A stretch of DNA of 64,000 nt, from positions 24,372,401 to 24,436,400 of the forward strand of contig CM120641.1 in assembly GCA_051362555.1 (NCBI GenBank), read 5' to 3'. The translations under genes and the position numbers were made by a program. How positions within the stretch are numbered: position 1 is the first letter of the stretch; each line of letters begins with the position of its first letter. This DNA is from Lingula anatina (lineage: Eukaryota > Animalia > Brachiopoda). Under the pieces are notes generated by a model. That model ran no database searches and was not told where the DNA came from. It was given only the letters and a program-made list of their open reading frames with translations. Positions 58,201 to 64,000 of this stretch are shown in pieces.

Positions 58201-61200
58201 CATCAATATAAAAAGTTTTTTATTCTCCAGGGTATCTTGCTGGTGACCCACTGTGATGGACCGTGTACATTTTGGGCTCAGTTGATGTCCCAGGAAAAGA
58301 CGGAAGAACTTTTGAGGATCACAGAGGCTCTGCTACACATGAATATCAACACTTGCAAATCAGTACAGGGACCTCCTCATTTTGATAGGGTGAGGGGTTT
58401 AAGTAAACTTACTTGTTCTTTTTATTTAAATGATTTCAGAGACTGGTTTCATGAAAGAACTTAGGCTGAATGACGAGCCTGAACTTAAAAGCATATATTT
58501 GTAGTATCACATTGACGGAGGATTACTCAGTGGCATTTTAACATAAATGTCATATTGTGCCTTTTTAGTAAATGGTTAATGCTTTAGACCAAGGTCTAGT
58601 CAGCTACTACAGATTTAACCTGGATTGAAGAAGTCTTATACTTATGACCAACTGTCTCAGAGAAGGGATAAAATGAAGGCATTAAGACTAACGTAGAATT
58701 TATGTTTTTGAATGGTTTGCTTTCAGGTGTATGCCGCAGTATTTTCTGAGGATGATATGCTCTATAGATGTAAGGTGTTAAGCCACCATTCAATGGAAAA
58801 GGTGAGTACTGTAATGCACTGTTGGTTATGATCGTTATGATTTTATACAACTAAATTAAAATACTCAGTGAAATAGTATAACAATAGTTTATGAAAAATG
58901 TGAAGAAAACTTCGGTGATATTTTAACTGAACCTTTAAAATGATTATTTTTAAAGTAAAACTTTTGTCATATTTTCAATCTGAATTTAAAAAGTAATTTT
59001 AATTTTTTTTTTTTTCAGAGTCTTGTCCAGTACATAGACTACGGCAACAGGGAGGTGGTCAGTAATTCCAGTATTGTGGAGTTGTCCCCCCAATGGTCCA
59101 TGTTACCATCCCATGCTGCCAAGTATTGTCTCTATGGACTGACTGCTGCCTGCAAAGACTCTGATAGGGAGAGATATGCCAAGGTGAAATTTTAACAGGA
59201 AATAGAAAGCAGACGGAAATTAGTTTTAATTATGTTTATTTGAATCATTATTTGATTTTATTTTGTTTATTCGTTTTCTCTACCTAGAGCAAATTTGTGA
59301 TTTATTAAAGAGCAGCACCAATTATTGAGTACTGATTTGGCCTATGTTTTCAGTGGAAACAATACTAAATCTTTTAAGACTAACATTTTTCAACTGATTA
59401 ATTCTTAAAAACAGTACAAATATCTTTTAAACATTTATTGCTTAAAATAATTTATATGGTCATTAAAAAGGTAATGTCATTATTGGTACTTATTTTACAA
59501 TTTTTACAAATTATTTAGTATGTTAACCATTTTAAATGGATTTTACACTCAAGTATAATAATATTAAGTAACAATGATGACTTTTTTGTTGCAGGGCACC
59601 AGCTATTTGAAAAGTCAAACTGATGGTCAGTACCTCCAATGCCAAATGTACCCACAACAGGATGGGATCACTCCAGTGAAAGTGAACATCAATGGAGTTG
59701 ATCTCAATGCCGAAGTGCTACGCCAGGGGTTTGTCATTGAGACAGTGCCCGCTAAGACTGCTCCGTCTGCTCAACCTGCTCTGCCTCCTCCACGTGGTGA
59801 TGGTGGTAGAGGAGGACCTCCATATGGTGATGGTGCTAGAGGAGGACTTCCGTATGGTGATGGTGCTCGAGGTGGACCTCCACAAGGTGACAGTAGAATA
59901 GGACCTCTACGTGTTGATAGTGGTAGAGGAGGACCTCCGCATGGTGCTAGAGGAGAACCTTCACATGGTGATGGTGCTAGAGGAGGACCCATGGTATTGT
60001 CACACACTGAGCAGCAACAACAGCATATTTTCCCCTCTCATCCTTCCCAAGCACTAAGTTGCCCTTCTGACAAAGATTCTACAGATTCTGTTGTTCCAGT
60101 TGAACGGGATCCACGATCTGACACCAGTTCCTCTGTGAAGATAAAAGAATTGGAAAGCACTCTCACAGCTGTTACAGCAGAACGAGATGCTGCATTGTTA
60201 GAGCTGTCTAGAGTCAAGGGAAAAGGAAAGGTGATTGCCCCTTTTTTGTTCTAATCCACAATCTGTACAATACGAAGACTTCTCAGTTTGCGCTGTAGTA
60301 GTAGTTATGTAAGTAATGATCTTTTTTATAAGAATTCAAATCTATCGAAATTGTGTATGAACTTTCATTATTAGTAATTTTTAACATTTTCTTCAATTGG
60401 TTCACTGGTCTTTTGTGATATTTTCATTATAAAATTTATTTACTTTTAGTTGCAAGAAATTAATATGATTGTATTTATTACTGAAACAGGTCTTGCAGTT
60501 GGAAGTGGACTCACTGACAGTAAAACTGGCAGAAACCAACATCAGCCACAAGGTAAATTTGCATCACACATGTCAGGGGATACAATTAATATATCAAGAG
60601 TAATCTTATTTGAAGGTGCTTGGAGGATAAAATGAGCATTTCAAGGGGTAAAATGTATCTCTTCTTTTTTTTTTCAATATTTGGCATTAGGTGTGACACT
60701 GTGAATTTGTTTTTACTGTTATTGTGAATGACAACACTATTTTGGGTTTCCAGATGAAGAATCTTGTGGAAGGTATTAAGAGGGTAAAACTATTCAGGTA
60801 AGAACATTTTGAGCACATTTGATTTGTACTAATTTTAAACATTAATGTACAGTAATTGTTAACTACATATTATCTGTCACTTGTATAGCTCAGTCAGGTC
60901 ATTCTTAATTAAAACAATTTCATAGATAGGTTCATACAGGTCCTTTTTTGGGCATAACCTTAAACAAATTAATGCAGTGGCTGTTCCTTTTGTATTTTCT
61001 CATCCTATTCATGAGAAAAGAAAGTGATATTGTGCCCCTGATGGGTTGAGGAATGGATTTGCCTTCAGTAAATGTGACTGAATTGTGGTTAAGGCTGGAT
61101 ATATACTCTCTAACTTTAGGTCCCAGTTCCCCACAGATGACCATACGGATGACCTTATTGAAATGGCCATTGGTCTCATTACTGACCACAAGAACAAGAT

Positions 61201-64000
61201 CACAGTGACTGATTCCACCATGATCACTATGGTCAAGGAAGTGGAGGCCCAATATAGAGCTTGCCAGGCAGTTATCAAAGACTGCAAACACAAGGTCAAG
61301 GCATCATGATATGAAAGTTGATCTTTGAGCGGCTAATTCTTTCCCATTCTCTTTATCTCAAGATGCATTACATTATTCAATGAAATGATTTAATGAGTAT
61401 TTTTTTCAAAAGCTGATAATTCCAAAAAAGTTGTGCAAATGTGCAATTAATAAGAATATGCAAATGTAAAATGTTTTCACAATTTTTCCCAATAGAGCAC
61501 TTGTAACATGCTTCTTATTTATGAGGAGCTGAATTTGTCATACATTGATAATGTAGGCTTCAACTTTATTTCTTTTTATTTTTATTATGCACAGGTAAAG
61601 TGTGCCTGCACATAGAGCCATCCCCTGTGTCTGTCATTGTCTGTATCAATATCTCTGATGTGGTATTGCATCAACATTGACAAATACCCTTATTTTCTGC
61701 TTTGTGTTGGTACATTTGACAGTTTTGCTACCCTGATTTTATCATTGTCTCATTTATTTATTTATTTATTTATTTCTTACAGGAGGAATTGCCAGGTTTA
61801 GTAAGCCAGAGAGATGAATCTCGTGTGGAACTTCACAGGAAACTGACAGCATTTCTTGAAAACACATCAAAGCTGCCATTGCAAGAGAGGGAGGAAGAGT
61901 TGATGGTATTTTGGTCCATTTACAATAAAGATATGAAAGAAATGTAAAAAAAAATTGGTACAAATTTGGTAGAAGTCAAACTATGAAATTTTAGGCACTT
62001 GTAATATATCCACACTTTTGCCATAATATTTATGCTTTGTATAACAACCCTTGCTTTTTATTTTAGAACATTTTGTCAAAGCTGCAGGCCACATATGGAG
62101 ATTTTTTGAGAGAGAAGTTAAGCAAATTGCCAGGGTTTACCAGAGCTGTGGAGGTGTACAGGGATTGGAGGGTAGGCCAGCAACACATTTTTTTTTTTGA
62201 TTAGCATTTGTGTTAGAGACAGTACAATACATACTAACATACAGAGGAATTTTATGCATTTGTAATGGTTGGCTTTCGAGTTGTAAAATTCTTAACGTTT
62301 GGGCTTTTTTAATCCAACCATTACTTCAACTATACTTAGTTTACAAGTGCAATTGCCAATCTATTCTCTGTTCTTTGAAGGCCAAGAAGAAAGCCACAGT
62401 GTCTGACATGCGCACAGCCACCAATACTTGCCACAACTCTGTGAGCAGTGCTTTTCAGATGCTGCAACAGGTACAGAATTCATAAGTGGTCAATGTCTAA
62501 AAGTGCCCTTTCAGTTGTGTATAGGCTAGTATATCACATATACATGCATGTACACATTTGTCCCTGTCATAATTGACACGGGCATGGGATGGGATGGGAA
62601 TGTGGTAAAGCAGTGGTTATATTTTACATTTCAGCAAATAATGTTTCATTTCATCCAGTCAATCCATTTAGCACTGAGGGTTTGTATCATAATCCTGCCC
62701 CAGGAAAAATGAGAACATTTGTGATCAGACCCATTTAATCAGGCCCAAAGCCATATAGGTTGAAAAGTCAAGAGGCAATCGAACCATGCCTAGCTGCTAT
62801 GAAGGTCTAGGGGCAAGGCCTAGGACATCAGTTGTGAGATTTATAAGACTTTGGGGTGATTCGGGCCATTACAAGCTTTTAGCCTGCCTCCTGCTAGCTG
62901 TTGGTCAAGTTGTAAAGCATTTAAATGGCTCTTTGAATGAATAGAGAGAACATTGAAAGTGTAGTGGACAAGGTGTATGCATGCTTAATGCATATTTTTG
63001 TACTTCAAACTCAAAAATTTTATATGTTTTATTTTGAACCAACATTCATATTATTGATTGCTGTGAGGGTTCCAGGTTTTTATCGTTTCCTATATGAGAT
63101 TTAATTAATATATATTATATATGATTTAATTAATATATATATTATATTATATTATATATTAATATATATATATTGATATATAATATAATATATTATATAT
63201 TAATATATATATATATATATGATTGCTCTTGTCACGTAGCAACTCGAGTTGGACAGTTCTTCGTCCAGTGAATGTCCCTCTGGATTAGTCAACCTTGACA
63301 CCCTGCTGTCCAGACTAGAACACAGGATTGCCGAAGAAATCAAAGTCTCAGATTGGGTAAGTTTTTTCAATTTTTCATTTAAATATTTAACAATTTCCCA
63401 AGCATTTGCATTCCTAATCCTAACAATATGCCACACCTGTCATGTTAGAATGATGCACTATGTTTTTTTTTTTTTTCTTCGCTTCAATCAGTTGGTACTT
63501 GTAAATGATTGCTAATCAAAAAGGTCCTGTTAAACAAAACTGAAGTCTTAGACCCTGTTCACATGAAAAATCTATTTTCTATTTGTGATATCTTGTGATC
63601 ACAACGAGCGCAGCCGAGAATTAATTACAGCTTTGGAAGTAACTGGCTCGCGCTGCCAGTAATTACGCCACGGGTATTCAGGGCACAGACTGTGATCACA
63701 AGATACCACGAATAGAAAATAGATTTTTAGAAAATAGATTTTTCATGTGAACGAAGCCTTAGTATAATATATTGTAAACCCAGATTTAAGATTTGTGTGA
63801 ATATTATCTCAACAGGACATTAAGTGATCCTCATCATAAACTTTGCAGTAGCTGTTCAGGGATGCTAGTTCTTTTTATTCCAGGAGCATTCCCCTGATGC
63901 CACAGTGGTGAGCACAATACTCCAGACTCTATTAGCTGCGGTGGAGGAGGAAAAGAAAGACATTGCCAAGTTGCGTGAGATGAAGTCGTACTACTCTAAG
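55229..64000 (+). CDS. STK31: STK31/TDRD8-like protein (RRM + extended Tudor + RGG repeats + coiled coil); 5' part, kinase domain presumably beyond the window. Exons 55229-55306, 56211-56299, 56721-56828, [linker exon(s) uncertain, e.g. 57155-57201], 58231-58389, 58727-58801, 59019-59183, 59595-60230, 60490-60552, 60754-60797, 61120-61294, 61783-61905, 62067-62171, 62381-62470, 63240-63356, 63884->64000
   Basis: Tudor exons splice in frame: VTHCDGPCTFWAQ...VYAAVFSEDDMLYRCKVL...EKSLVQYIDYGNREVV...AAKYCLYGL...KGTSYL...GVDLNAEVLRQGF. This is co-linear with vertebrate STK31 as I recall it (TFWAQ...LFSEDQCWYRCKVL...EKCLVRYIDYGN...AKKYKLWGL...QGTTFL). Downstream helical exons stay in frame. Confidence 0.82.
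55837..56178. mobile_element. Uninterrupted copy of the ~340-bp TTAA-type MITE in intron 1 of the STK31-like gene
   Basis: Ends agggataataactcttcg and cgaagagttattacccct; co-linear with the copies at 44805-45476. Confidence 0.8.
59790..59990 (+). repeat. Coding 30-bp-period repeat encoding about six (GDGA)RGGPP-like units
   Basis: ggtgatggtgctagaggaggacctcc variants give RGDGGRGGPPYGDGARGGLPYGDGARGGPPQGD... Confidence 0.9.
63102..63220. repeat. AT-only low-complexity / (AT)n tract
   Basis: Seen directly in the sequence. Confidence 0.85.
63551..63758. mobile_element. ~210-bp MITE (Harbinger-like, TTA TSD), intronic
   Basis: Inverted ends gttcacatgaaaaatctattttcta and tagaaaatagatttttcatgtgaac, an inner pair tcttgtgatcaca / tgtgatcacaaga, and TTA on both flanks. 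Confidence 0.72.

Overview
AT-rich, intron-containing animal DNA. A lophotrochozoan such as a mollusc is inferred only from repeat and gene style. Splicing both strands by hand gives, left to right: (1) the 5' part of a Golgi carbohydrate sulfotransferase of the CHST11-type Sulfotransfer_2 family (minus strand, runs off the left edge); (2) a non-autonomous Helentron (HINE-type) carrying a 146-bp tandem array; (3) two head-to-head Polycomb (Pc/CBX) paralogues with the same 5-exon structure, each with chromodomain, AT-hooks and Pc box; (4) a minus-strand tandem cluster of cytosolic sulfotransferases, made up of two intact genes (one with two alternative-looking first coding exons) and a pseudogene among nested DNA-transposon derivatives; (5) the 5' part of an STK31/TDRD8-like gene with an extra N-terminal RRM and RGG repeats (plus strand, runs off the right edge). 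Family calls come from recognising motifs, not from database searches.
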